From: Candidatus Bathyarchaeia archaeon
Lineage (GTDB): Archaea > Thermoproteota > Bathyarchaeia > 40CM-2-53-6
Length of the DNA: 64,000 nucleotides
Reading direction: 5' to 3'
NCBI GenBank assembly: GCA_049513715.1
Contig: JBEKVV010000005.1
Location: 32,001 to 96,000, forward strand
The translations under genes were made by a program, and so were the position numbers. Of the stretch, positions 19,400-29,350 are shown one piece after another (position 1 is the first letter of the stretch; each line of letters starts with the position of its first letter). A model generated the notes under the pieces. It was given only the letters and a program-made list of their open reading frames with translations. It was not told the origin of the DNA and did not search any database.

Positions 19400-21777
19400 A
19401 CAGGTTCACAACCATTCTAAGTTTGGCACTTCTGGTGCTCACCATCCCATCGGTAACGCACGCAATCGTCGCAGTCCACGCCTTCAGTCCTAATGAATCT
19501 TCTTCATCCTCACGTGCAATCACGGTCATGATCGTTTCTCTGCATGACCTGGGGTCTGAACAAACCCAGCTGCTGAGTGCCTTCGGAACGATAACCACTG
19601 TTGCAGGTCCAGTTGCAGTCCTACACACCACAACGACCTCCATCCCGACCCTGTCCCGCCTTCCTTTTGTTTCGCGAATTGAACGTTCACATCCCCTCAG
19701 CGTCTACCTTGACCAGAGTGTGCCCGACATCGGAGCAAACATGGTCTGGGACGAAGTCAAAGACCCATATGGTCAAAATGTGACTGGTGCGGGTGTTGTT
19801 CTGGGTTTCGTGGATACGGGACTTGACACGACGCACCCCGATTTCAGTTTTCCAAACGGAACATCCAAAATACTCTACGTTTGGGACCAGACACTCTCGG
19901 GCCGACCCCCAGCAGGATTTGACTACGGTTACGAATGCACCACTGCTGACATCCAAGCGAAAAACTGCCCGGAGGAGGACACGTTTGGGCATGGAACGCA
20001 TGTGGCGGGTATTGCAGCCAGCTCAGGAATGGCGACTGGCAACTATACTGGGGTGGCGCCTGGTGCGTCGATTATTTTCGTCAAAAGCGGCGGGCCGCTG
20101 TGCAGCGGAGAAAGCTGGTATTTCGACACGGACCAAATACTTGATGGCGTAAATTACATAGCCACTAAGGCTCGACAACTCGGTATGCGGGCTGTAATTA
20201 ACCTAAGCCTCGGAGGGAACATAGGAGCACACGACGGCTCAGACCCAATGGAATTAGCCCTCGACGCAATTGTGAAGGCAGGTACTCCCGTCGTTGTCGC
20301 GGCTGGAAATTCTGCACTTGACAACAGCCACGCTGACGGCCGGTTATCCCAGGGACAAAGCGTCACAATGAGCATCGGGGTTATGCCAGGGACCACTGAT
20401 CTTGTGGTTGATGCATGGTACTCCCCCCAAGACCAAATCGATGCGACAATTACAACTCCCAACGGCGAAAAGTTCAACGTTCCAACCCTTTCCGGAGGTG
20501 CGACCAGCAAAGTGGGAAACGTAACTGCCCTAGCTGGCCTATCTTGGGCATCTTCACCGGTTGGAAAGGAGTTGTACTTCGAGGTGAACTCAACCGCCCA
20601 GCTTCCCTCTAGCGGTTGGAGCGTTACGCTTACAGCAAAACAGGTCAACTCCGGTAGTTACTGGGACGCATGGGTTGATACAAACTCATGCTCCTCTCCT
20701 GGGGCCTCGTTTCTCCCCGGTAATGGTTACCAGATTGATAGCCACGACACGATAGGAATCCCTGGCACAGCGAAGAGCGTAGTTACAGTCGGCGCCTACG
20801 TCACAAAGGCATCATGGCTCGGAGAAAATCGAAACACCTTGGGCAACTCTGGGGCAACCACGGGAGGCATAGCTCCATTCAGTTCTTGGGGGCCAACAAG
20901 GGACGGCCGAGTCAAACCTGACGTTGTGGCACCGGGAATGTATATTGCCTCTGCAAGATCAAGCGCAATCTCAATTGGCAATAGCGATCCAGACATATAC
21001 CATAGGATTTCGGCTGGAACAAGCATGGCCGCCCCCCACGTCGCGGGCACAATCGCACTGATGCTCCAATATGCGCCCAATTTATCCGCAACCGAAATTC
21101 CTAACATACTCAGAGAAACGGCTCGACTCGACGCTAGCACTGGACCACTTGGGTCAGGTTCTCCAACATGGGGGTACGGGAAAGTGGACAGCAGAACTGC
21201 TACCGGCCTCTTTCGATTGACGCTCGCAACAGAAGGCCTCCCTAGGTCAGTTACAGACATGGTCAAAATAGATAATGAACGGGTGCTCGAGGTTCCTGGG
21301 GGTTCGTGGACGGACATGTATTGGCCCAAAGGGTCGACGCACACCGTCGTGTTGGGAACATTGGCGAATAGCACAGCGGACAGTCGATATCAACTATTGG
21401 GCGGAACCTTCACTGTCTCATCGAATACTTTGGAACCTGTCAAATTCACAGCTCAATATTTGCTGAGGGTTAACTCGCCTTTTGGAGACACGGGTTCTGG
21501 GTGGTATGACGCCGGCCAAGTTGCGACATTCAGCGCTCCCTCACGAGCAGCTGCATCAGGAGCTCTCGGCTACCTTGGTGCGGAGTATGTCCTATCTCAT
21601 TGGGTTTCTGATGAAGGCAACGCCATTTCCAATTCATCCGTGAAAATGGACCGCCCCACCACAGTCACAGCGGTGTACCAACTGACCGTCGTCCCCGTGA
21701 CACTCGCTACCATAATAGGTCTAATTGCAGCCGCAATCCTCGCCCTAACAGTGGTTATACGACGTCGAAGAAATTAG
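19396..21777 (+). CDS. membrane-anchored S8 subtilisin-like serine protease
   Basis: Signal peptide; DTG, GHGTHVAG, GTSMAAP catalytic triad; AAGN oxyanion motif; C-terminal TM helix with RRRR tail. Confidence 0.93.
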   Translation: MNRFTTILSLALLVLTIPSVTHAIVAVHAFSPNESSSSSRAITVMIVSLHDLGSEQTQLLSAFGTITTVAGPVAVLHTTTTSIPTLSRLPFVSRIERSHPLSVYLDQSVPDIGANMVWDEVKDPYGQNVTGAGVVLGFVDTGLDTTHPDFSFPNGTSKILYVWDQTLSGRPPAGFDYGYECTTADIQAKNCPEEDTFGHGTHVAGIAASSGMATGNYTGVAPGASIIFVKSGGPLCSGESWYFDTDQILDGVNYIATKARQLGMRAVINLSLGGNIGAHDGSDPMELALDAIVKAGTPVVVAAGNSALDNSHADGRLSQGQSVTMSIGVMPGTTDLVVDAWYSPQDQIDATITTPNGEKFNVPTLSGGATSKVGNVTALAGLSWASSPVGKELYFEVNSTAQLPSSGWSVTLTAKQVNSGSYWDAWVDTNSCSSPGASFLPGNGYQIDSHDTIGIPGTAKSVVTVGAYVTKASWLGENRNTLGNSGATTGGIAPFSSWGPTRDGRVKPDVVAPGMYIASARSSAISIGNSDPDIYHRISAGTSMAAPHVAGTIALMLQYAPNLSATEIPNILRETARLDASTGPLGSGSPTWGYGKVDSRTATGLFRLTLATEGLPRSVTDMVKIDNERVLEVPGGSWTDMYWPKGSTHTVVLGTLANSTADSRYQLLGGTFTVSSNTLEPVKFTAQYLLRVNSPFGDTGSGWYDAGQVATFSAPSRAAASGALGYLGAEYVLSHWVSDEGNAISNSSVKMDRPTTVTAVYQLTVVPVTLATIIGLIAAAILALTVVIRRRRN

Positions 21778-21803
21778 GAATGGGGAGCGTGTTGACGGTG
21801 GGC

Positions 21804-22118
21804 CTACGCTTTCTTGAGAAGTACATCTGAACCTTGAATTTGAACATTGAATTTTGCTTCGTCTTTTGTTGGAGGCGGGCTTACGGCCTTTCCGGTTGTA
21901 ACGTCAAATTGTCCCCCGTGATAGGGGCATATGACGTTGTTCCGTTCCAGTTCCCCCTCATTTAGGGGGCCGCCCCTATGGGTGCATGCGTTCGCGATTG
22001 CATGAAGCGTTCCATTTATGTTCACTACCAACACTTCCTCGCGTCCAACCTGAACCTTCTTCAATATTCCACTTGGAAAATCGTTAAGCTGCCCGACTTT
22101 CACGTAACCTTCGTTCAT
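21804..22118 (-). CDS. Rieske [2Fe-2S] ferredoxin
   Basis: CTH...CPYHG ligands, FDVTTG; likely ATG at 22118. Confidence 0.9.
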   Translation of the reverse strand: MNEGYVKVGQLNDFPSGILKKVQVGREEVLVVNINGTLHAIANACTHRGGPLNEGELERNNVICPYHGGQFDVTTGKAVSPPPTKDEAKFNVQIQGSDVLLKKA

Positions 22119-22284
22119 GACCGCCGCCCTACAGGTGTAGTGGCATCTTGAGGATTTAGCGCTTGTCCAAAAGTTCAAAGCCATGTCCACCTGACTCGCT
22201 TCATGAACCTATATTCACCAAATCAATGGGACGAGGAAGGGAACACTGCTCCCACAGAACGAGTCGACGCAACGCTTCGACTTC

Positions 22285-23517
22285 TTGAAATCCAAATTCT
22301 TAGACTATTACAAGAACAACATTGCTGCGGTCAAACCGCCCATGGCCATGACGGAGCGGGAGTTCGGATTCCTACTCTTCAGAGAAAGAATCATGGTGCG
22401 CCACAAGGCTTTCCAAGATTTTAGGGACTTCGCCGACTCACTCCTATCGCTCATCCCCTCCGATGTCTACTATTCAACTGCATATTACAGACACCCCGAT
22501 CGTGAGATGGATCAGAAAGGCTGGCTTGGCTCAGACGTTGTTTTCGACGTAGACGCTGACCACATAGACACTCCCTGCAAAGAGGCGCATGACATGTGGC
22601 TGTGCCCCAAATGCAAAGAAACACGTAGGGGCAAGAAACCAGTCAAGTGTCCCAAATGCGGAAACGAGAAACTAGATGAGAAGGCTTGGCTGTGTGACAG
22701 ATGCCTGATCGCTGCGAGGGAAGAGGTTTTGAAGCTAGTCGAGTTCCTCTCCGAGGACTTCGGAATAAAATCCCATGACATGCACCTATTCTTCTCCGGC
22801 CACCGAGGATACCACTTGCACTTGATCTCCGAGAACCTGAAGACATTAGACGAGATCCAAAGGAAGGAGTTGGTGGATTATGTGATCGGACTAGGATTGG
22901 ACCCAGCTGAACAGGGGCTGTACCAAGACTTGGTGGACAACAGGCACCCTATTGTTGTTGGTCCCGAATTGACGGACCCGGGTTGGCGAGGCAGGTTAGC
23001 AAGAGGGGTGTACCAAATTCTCACAGAGTCTGACCCAAAGCAATTGATGGAGCTGGGATTTACGCGAGGAGCGGTCAACCAGATTGTGGGTGAGCGCGAA
23101 AGAATCAAGACTGAGTGGTCTAAGAAGATGCTTTGGAGTTCTTTTCAGGACAAATGGAGGATAAACGAGAAGATATGGCGGAACATAGTTGAGAAGGCCC
23201 TCACCCTCGTGGCCTTGCCAGCAAAAATAGACACAGTCGTTACGACAGACATCCACAGATTGATTCGAATGCCTGAGACACTCAATGGCAAAACAGGGTT
23301 CAGGGCGGCGTTTGTGGACCTAAAGCGATTAGAGGATTTTGACCCATTCACCGAACCTGTAGCTTTCGAGGGAACCCAAAAGGTCTTTGTTAAAGAATCA
23401 CCTGAAATACGAATTCGTGGTCAATCATTTGGCCCGTTCGTTGACGAGAAGGTTGAGCTGCCCCTAGGAGGGGCAGTGTTACTAATCGCCAAGGGCGTTG
23501 CTCTACCGGTGAACTGA
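22285..23517 (+). CDS. priS: DNA primase small (catalytic) subunit PriS with Cys-rich zinc insertion
   Basis: REFGF, DVYYS, FDVDAD, FSGHRGYH, IDTVVTTDIHRLIRMP; possible CTG start at 22246. Confidence 0.95.
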   Translation: MKSKFLDYYKNNIAAVKPPMAMTEREFGFLLFRERIMVRHKAFQDFRDFADSLLSLIPSDVYYSTAYYRHPDREMDQKGWLGSDVVFDVDADHIDTPCKEAHDMWLCPKCKETRRGKKPVKCPKCGNEKLDEKAWLCDRCLIAAREEVLKLVEFLSEDFGIKSHDMHLFFSGHRGYHLHLISENLKTLDEIQRKELVDYVIGLGLDPAEQGLYQDLVDNRHPIVVGPELTDPGWRGRLARGVYQILTESDPKQLMELGFTRGAVNQIVGERERIKTEWSKKMLWSSFQDKWRINEKIWRNIVEKALTLVALPAKIDTVVTTDIHRLIRMPETLNGKTGFRAAFVDLKRLEDFDPFTEPVAFEGTQKVFVKESPEIRIRGQSFGPFVDEKVELPLGGAVLLIAKGVALPVN

Positions 23518-23519
23518 TC

Positions 23520-24074
23520 ATGTATAACGAGCTATACAAAGCCTGGAAATCGGAGAAGACGGCTGAACCACCACAACCCTTGCCCCCCGATTTCTACAAG
23601 CGCGCAAACGGGTACCTGAAGGGGTTGGAGGCGGACTCCACTTCAACCGATGTGCATACTCTGCAGGGTCGCTTATTGCATAAAGAAATGGAAGTGGCAC
23701 GACGACTGCTAAGCGACCTCAAGGAACAACGCCTTCAAAAAATAATTAGCTTGGCAAAGAGTGGAACAGTAATCAACCCACAGTCACTTACTGAAGAAGA
23801 ACAGGCCTTGGCGAATTCCGTTGGTGAATCCATATCTGACTTCAATAAGGAAGAAGGAGACCAACAAATCAGAAAATCAGAGGCGACGCCCGAAATTGAG
23901 ACGGAGCTCACTGTGGTGAGATTTCAGGAGGATATTCCAGAAATCGTCGGAGTCGATATGAAGATGTACGGACCATACAAGAAGGAAGATGTTGGTTCGC
24001 TTCCCAAAGAGAACGCGACAGGCCTGATCAAGCAAGGTGCAGCGAAACTTGTTGAGGTAACAGGGGTCGTATAA
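23520..24074 (+). CDS. GINS complex subunit (Gins15/51)
   Basis: LPPDFY, RLQKI, IVGVDMKMYGPY B-domain; position after priS. Confidence 0.88.
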   Translation: MYNELYKAWKSEKTAEPPQPLPPDFYKRANGYLKGLEADSTSTDVHTLQGRLLHKEMEVARRLLSDLKEQRLQKIISLAKSGTVINPQSLTEEEQALANSVGESISDFNKEEGDQQIRKSEATPEIETELTVVRFQEDIPEIVGVDMKMYGPYKKEDVGSLPKENATGLIKQGAAKLVEVTGVV

Positions 24075-24154
24075 CCCCGACCACCATAACTAAACTGGCC
24101 CGCCAACAATAAATAGACCACGAACGGCTAGGTAGCGAACTCAAGCTGATCAGT

Positions 24155-24430
24155 ATGAAAGCCCCGAAACAAATGCGCACGTATTGCCCCAAGTGCAAAT
24201 CGCATACTGATCACCAAGTGTCCATATACAAGAAAGGTAAGGACCGAGCAATGGCGGTCGGGAATAGACGCCACGAGCGCGACGAGCACGGTTATGGGGG
24301 CCAAAAATTCCCGAAACTTAAGCGAACAGCGAAGACAACCAAAAAGCTGGTTCTCAGACTCACCTGTAAGACATGCGACGCCGACGTGTTCAGGCTCGGC
24401 ATAAGACTGCGTAAACTGGACCTTGTGTAG
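24155..24430 (+). CDS. rpl44e: 50S ribosomal protein eL42 (L44e)
   Basis: TYCPKC, GYGGQKFP, KTTKK. Confidence 0.97.
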   Translation: MKAPKQMRTYCPKCKSHTDHQVSIYKKGKDRAMAVGNRRHERDEHGYGGQKFPKLKRTAKTTKKLVLRLTCKTCDADVFRLGIRLRKLDLV

Positions 24431-24569
24431 ACGTTCGGCGCGTTCCAGAAATCAATCAAATTCTTCACGACCAGGGTAAGCTAGCCGCACCCTTGGGCGC
24501 TGCCATAATACTTATGTGGGCATTTCGTATTGGACTTCGTTCCTCACTAGAATCACGAGTGCAACAAAC

Positions 24570-24764
24570 ATGGTAAAGGGAGAATTAATTCCAAAACCCG
24601 AGAGCGTCTTCATTAGAGTGAAGTGTTCGAAGTGTGGAAACGAGCAAGTGATCTTCGACAGACCCTCTCTTGCTCCCCACTGCTCTGTTTGCGATGAAGT
24701 CTTAGCTGACCCCACAGGTGGCAAGGCCAAACTCAGATCGGAAGTAGTTCAAATCCTCGGTTAG
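24570..24764 (+). CDS. rps27e: 30S ribosomal protein eS27 (S27e)
   Basis: VKCSKCGNEQVIF, CSVC, PTGGKA. Confidence 0.96.
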   Translation: MVKGELIPKPESVFIRVKCSKCGNEQVIFDRPSLAPHCSVCDEVLADPTGGKAKLRSEVVQILG

Positions 24765-24776
24765 GGCTCACCAAAT

Positions 24777-25559
24777 ATGTCAGTAACGCCTCAGTACCCC
24801 GAAGTTGGCGACCTCGTCGTTGCGTCTGTCACGCGGGTTGTTGATTATGGCGCATACGTCAAGCTTGATGAGTACGAGGGCGTGGAGGGCCTAATTCACA
24901 TCTCCGAAATCGCAAGCACCTACGTCAAGAACATCAGGGTTCACGTAAGGGAAGGCCAAAAGCTCGTTCTGAAGGTTCTGCGCGTCAGCCCTCAGCGTGC
25001 CCAGGTTGACCTCTCGCTTAGGCGGGTAACTGGCCGCGAGAAATCTGAAAAGATGCTAGATTGGAAGAAGGTCAAGAAAGCAGACTCCATAATCAAAGGC
25101 GCCGCTGAACGCATGAAGGTTGGGGAGGATGAAGTCTCCAAGATCAGTAACGTTGTTTATGAGAAATTCGACAACCCCTACGACGCCTTCGAGGAGTCGA
25201 TAGATGAAGGAGAGGAGACGTTCACTAAACTCGGAATCAGCGAAGAGTGGGCGAAAGCACTCACAGAAGTCGCCAGAGGTAAGATTAGGCTTGAAAAAGC
25301 GAAGGTCAACGGGACCGTGGAGCTTACATGCACTAAGACCGCTGGAATCGAAGCTATTCGGCAGGCGCTTCGAGGCGCCAAGAAAGCGAAGAAGACACGG
25401 GGCACAACAATCAAAATCTACACTATTGGTTCGCCACGTTACAGACTTGAGGTTAGAAGCAAAGTAATAACTGACGCACAATCAACACTGAACCTCGCCA
25501 TTGAAGAAGTTTTGTCAGCGATAAAGGGGCTTGGCGGCGAGGGACGTAGGCTGGGTTGA
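24777..25559 (+). CDS. eif2a: translation initiation factor aIF2 alpha
   Basis: PEVGDLVV S1 domain, GLIHISEI, DLSLRRV, GSPRY. Confidence 0.96.
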   Translation: MSVTPQYPEVGDLVVASVTRVVDYGAYVKLDEYEGVEGLIHISEIASTYVKNIRVHVREGQKLVLKVLRVSPQRAQVDLSLRRVTGREKSEKMLDWKKVKKADSIIKGAAERMKVGEDEVSKISNVVYEKFDNPYDAFEESIDEGEETFTKLGISEEWAKALTEVARGKIRLEKAKVNGTVELTCTKTAGIEAIRQALRGAKKAKKTRGTTIKIYTIGSPRYRLEVRSKVITDAQSTLNLAIEEVLSAIKGLGGEGRRLG

Positions 25560-25708
25560 AGTGGCTTCTCCGAAAATGTCCCGCTTGTAGTCAGTACACA
25601 CTGAAACCGAAATGCCCCAAATGTGGAGCCGACACTATTATTCCACATCCATCCAAATACTCGCCCCACGACAAATACGCCAGTCTAAGGCAACGGGAAA
25701 AAGGATAA
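25556..25708 (+). CDS. nop10: H/ACA RNP protein Nop10 (50 aa, absent from the ORF track)
   Basis: TTG start overlapping the aIF2a stop; MKWLLRKCPACSQYTLKPKCPKCG...PHPSKYSPHDKY; conserved position. Confidence 0.93.
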   Translation: MKWLLRKCPACSQYTLKPKCPKCGADTIIPHPSKYSPHDKYASLRQREKG

Positions 25709-25731
25709 CGATTAATCAATTTCTAGGCTGA

Positions 25732-28524
25732 TTATGGTCTTGACGTGATTATTACTCCGTTACTGATAACGAAGTCGTAATTTGTGTTGCCGCGGAACCC
25801 GACCCGAATCGTGAACGTGCCCTGGATGTTGACTTTCCAACTGTAGGTCGTCGTGTTCGAGGTCATTGTGAAGGTTCCTATGGGCGTGTAGGTCTTGTTG
25901 TCCAACGTGTAGGAAACGTCAATTTGCGAACCTTGTAGGAATGGATTCATCGTGACGGCTAGCGTAATGTTGCTGCCCGTTGTTACTGTCGTGGGTGAGC
26001 CGGAGAGGGCTAGGGTGATTTGTCCTTTCGTTACCGTGAGGCTCTGAGGGTCACTCACAGAGTCCACATAGACCCCTTCGAGACCTTGGTAGTGCGCACG
26101 AACCAAGTAACTCCCGGCATCCGGTGTCCACGTGTAGTTGTATGCTCCCCTTGATGACACAGGGATTGTTTCTATGCTCTTCCAAGTCTGAGCGTTATCG
26201 GTCGAGTACTCCAAGACAACCGCAATTGGACCTAGGGTTAGTGGCAAGCTGTTGGTGTCCGTGAGGTTGCCGGACAAGTAAACCTTGTCCCCGTATCTAA
26301 TTTGGGGAGGAATCTGGCTCATCGTGATACTTGTCGCTTTGACGTACCTTACTTGAAAGAGGAATACAAAGCGGTTCGAAGAGGCGAACACTTGAGTGAG
26401 GTAGGGCGAGGTTGTCGCGGCCGCTGCACCGCTGAGGGTTGCTTTGGCCATCATGTATCCTAACATGCTGTTATCGCTGAGTTGATTGCTGGTGGCAATG
26501 GTCTGGTTGTCCACTATCCTCCCTGACTTTGGATCCTGAAGGACCCTCGTGTAGGTCGCGGCCCCAGTAGTTCGGTCCGTGATGGTATCCGTAAACATGA
26601 CTTTGTACGCGTTCCACATGGTGTTGTTTCCAATCCTCGCCATCCAGTACCATTTGCCATCTTCACCGTATCCCTGGAATTGACTAGAGCCGGAGCTGGA
26701 ACCGCCGGACGGGGTGATGAATATGGCTACGTAGGATACGTTGTATCGCTGCATCGTTGGAACCGCCATAGTGATATTGTCCAGAAAGGTTTGAGCTATG
26801 ACGCCGATCTGTGTGGAATTCTGTGTACCGTTATCAGCTAGGCTCCTACGGTCCCCTAAGGCAGTAATCCAATACCCGTAGTCCCACCAAGCGAATATGA
26901 CCGCCCCTGGGGGCGTGTTGTAACGCATCCAAGACAATCCCTCCAACCAGTCTTGGTATTTCAGTTCCGACCCTGCGGATGGGATCGTCGGGATACTTGA
27001 CGTGACAATCGTGGCCGGCTGGTAAGAAGCCTGCACCGACCTCCAGAATGATGGAACAATAACAATGAGAAGTATTAGGAATATTGCAACGCCAAACTCT
27101 CTACCAATCCTCGCGATCACGCGTGTCTTTCGCTTTGGATAGATTACGGCCTCCCTGATTATGTCAACCGCTGGCTTACCAAGCTCAACGGTTCCAATTC
27201 CTGCAAGGATGCAGAACGCAGGAGCTAACAGCAGTGTCAGACGGACGAAAGAGGCTGCGAAGTAAACGGATGTTAGACCCCAAAGAACCATGAAGATGTC
27301 ATCATTCCTAGCCCTCTGCAGCGTGAAGACAAACCCGAACAGCATCAGGAAGATCACGGTTCCAAATTCGTAGAAGAAAGACGCCCATGTAGCGGGTTGA
27401 TGCTCCGCCACGCTCTGGATGATTGGAACGTCCCCTCGAACAAATGGGTTGATTACCGCATAGAACTTGCCAGCCGGGTTGGCGATTATGTTGAAGTATG
27501 AAAGCAGGAAGACAACGCCCAAGGTTGCAATAACAGCGGTCGAAAGAGCGTACAACTGAAGCCTTCTACGTGAAATGTAGGTTGAGGCTTCACGAGCAAG
27601 GAGAACAACCTCACCTGCCGGGATAACCAACCAAGTTAGATCTATAAGCGATGCGAAACCAAGTTTCGGAACCATGAAGGGTGTGAATAGCAGGAAGATG
27701 CCCATCGATACTGAGTACGTTATGAAGAGCTTCTTTGAATACCGTCCAATAACCACCAAGATGACTGTGTATAGGACCAGAAGGTCGAGTGGGTAATACG
27801 AAGCGGCCCAAGATGCTGCTAGGTAGAAGAGGGAGAAGCCAGCCAGAGCAGCGTAGGTCAAGGTTTTGCGCAGAGACGTTGTGGGAACCATGGCGCGCCT
27901 GAAAAAGAGAAATATCAGAATCATTAAGAGAATACCAAGAGGCTCGTGGCGAAGGAACCCAAGTTGGGTTCGGCCTATGCTGCTGGCATTCAACGCTAAG
28001 AACAGGGCAGTGAACATGCCCACGCCTTTACCCCAAATGTCCTTTCCCAAGAAGTAGGCCGCTATGACGGTGATCGTTCCGGCGACAACAGGGAAGATTA
28101 CGGCAACGTCAAAAGTGTTGGTTGCTACGCCTACCCCCTTGAGGAAAAGGGTTATGGCAGCTACAACGAAAGCCTCTCCGTACAGGTTCCAAGTGGGCAT
28201 GTCTGCGCCATATGGGTACCAACTCATCGTGTCATGCCATGAGAACCAAGCCAGGAAGCCATGGTCAACAACATACTGCGCCATACGCCATTGCAGGTAA
28301 GGGTCGAATTCATTCAGATAGAACCCCCACCGAATCGGCATAATCCTAACTGCCAAGGCAACGATGACAATGAGCGAGAGCGCAATCGCTTCGATAATGG
28401 TTCCGCGGGAAACCTCCGAAAACGCTTTACGGGTTCCCTGAACGCGTTCGGCGAGGACCTCGCGGTTGACATACTTACCCAAGAAACCGACAAGTTCCTT
28501 GACTGCCCGCCGAGTCGCCGACAT
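25732..28524 (-). CDS. aglB: oligosaccharyltransferase STT3/AglB with two C-terminal Ig-like repeats
   Basis: EFDPY, SVAEHQP, WWDYG, DNGT, DGKWYWMARI; many TM helices. Confidence 0.95.
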   Translation of the reverse strand: MSATRRAVKELVGFLGKYVNREVLAERVQGTRKAFSEVSRGTIIEAIALSLIVIVALAVRIMPIRWGFYLNEFDPYLQWRMAQYVVDHGFLAWFSWHDTMSWYPYGADMPTWNLYGEAFVVAAITLFLKGVGVATNTFDVAVIFPVVAGTITVIAAYFLGKDIWGKGVGMFTALFLALNASSIGRTQLGFLRHEPLGILLMILIFLFFRRAMVPTTSLRKTLTYAALAGFSLFYLAASWAASYYPLDLLVLYTVILVVIGRYSKKLFITYSVSMGIFLLFTPFMVPKLGFASLIDLTWLVIPAGEVVLLAREASTYISRRRLQLYALSTAVIATLGVVFLLSYFNIIANPAGKFYAVINPFVRGDVPIIQSVAEHQPATWASFFYEFGTVIFLMLFGFVFTLQRARNDDIFMVLWGLTSVYFAASFVRLTLLLAPAFCILAGIGTVELGKPAVDIIREAVIYPKRKTRVIARIGREFGVAIFLILLIVIVPSFWRSVQASYQPATIVTSSIPTIPSAGSELKYQDWLEGLSWMRYNTPPGAVIFAWWDYGYWITALGDRRSLADNGTQNSTQIGVIAQTFLDNITMAVPTMQRYNVSYVAIFITPSGGSSSGSSQFQGYGEDGKWYWMARIGNNTMWNAYKVMFTDTITDRTTGAATYTRVLQDPKSGRIVDNQTIATSNQLSDNSMLGYMMAKATLSGAAAATTSPYLTQVFASSNRFVFLFQVRYVKATSITMSQIPPQIRYGDKVYLSGNLTDTNSLPLTLGPIAVVLEYSTDNAQTWKSIETIPVSSRGAYNYTWTPDAGSYLVRAHYQGLEGVYVDSVSDPQSLTVTKGQITLALSGSPTTVTTGSNITLAVTMNPFLQGSQIDVSYTLDNKTYTPIGTFTMTSNTTTYSWKVNIQGTFTIRVGFRGNTNYDFVISNGVIITSRP

Positions 28525-28990
28525 TTCTACACCAGAGAGGATTTTTTGATTACACTTTGTGCGTGTTATAAAAGCTTGATGAAAGGCAAATTGGCCGTTC
28601 TTCGCGTGTTACATACCAACCCTTACAAATGCGAATTCTTGATACCCAGTAGCTTGTCAACAACTCTACTATAATGCAACTTCGCCAGTATCAACCGAAA
28701 ATTCATGTTTGCGAAGATTCACGAGCTCATTTCTCGGTTGAACGAAACTTGGTGAGCTCCTAGAATTAGAGCCGCTCCTAGGATTTCTCGTCCATCGACC
28801 CGGTCGGACCTACACTTCCGCCCATTGCTGAAATAGGGACAATAAGCCTGACTAGCGGAGCTTCCGTTGACAAGGTGAATCTTCGGTGTATGTGGCTCAG
28901 TATGGTTCCTAGTAAGATTGATTCCGAAAGCCTTGTTTGACAGTCGGTCCGACTGTAACTGTAGACAGCGTGCGAAACGTGGGGCTCACC

Positions 28991-29350
28991 ATGACTAGTT
29001 CCATTTCCAAATGCCCGTCCTGCATGAAGACCAACAAGCCGGACAGCAGATACTGTATCTATTGCGGTTCCATTATGACCCCCGTCTTTTGCTCTTCATG
29101 CGGTACCGTGAACCCCGAAGGACTGCCTCAATGCCTTGAATGCGGAAATCAAATCCCAAGACTATCCGAGATTCACTGGAACCCCATCGTCACAGTCATA
29201 CAATCGACATCAGGCATGACAGAAGTTGGGGGACAAAACTTACAGACAGAAATCGAGCCCACCTTATCCGTCAAGGATTCTGACGAAAGACAAACTCTGC
29301 GATGGCTACGCGACAGATTCGCCCGAAAGGAGCAGTCGTCAGGGGACTAA
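28991..29350 (+). CDS. double zinc-ribbon domain protein
   Basis: Four CxxC pairs (CPSC, CIYC, CSSC, CLEC). Confidence 0.75.
   Translation: MTSSISKCPSCMKTNKPDSRYCIYCGSIMTPVFCSSCGTVNPEGLPQCLECGNQIPRLSEIHWNPIVTVIQSTSGMTEVGGQNLQTEIEPTLSVKDSDERQTLRWLRDRFARKEQSSGD

Noticed and set aside
28680..28936. Possible RNase P RNA
   Set aside because: Conserved GAGGAAAGUCC-like and 3' P4 motifs not found on either strand
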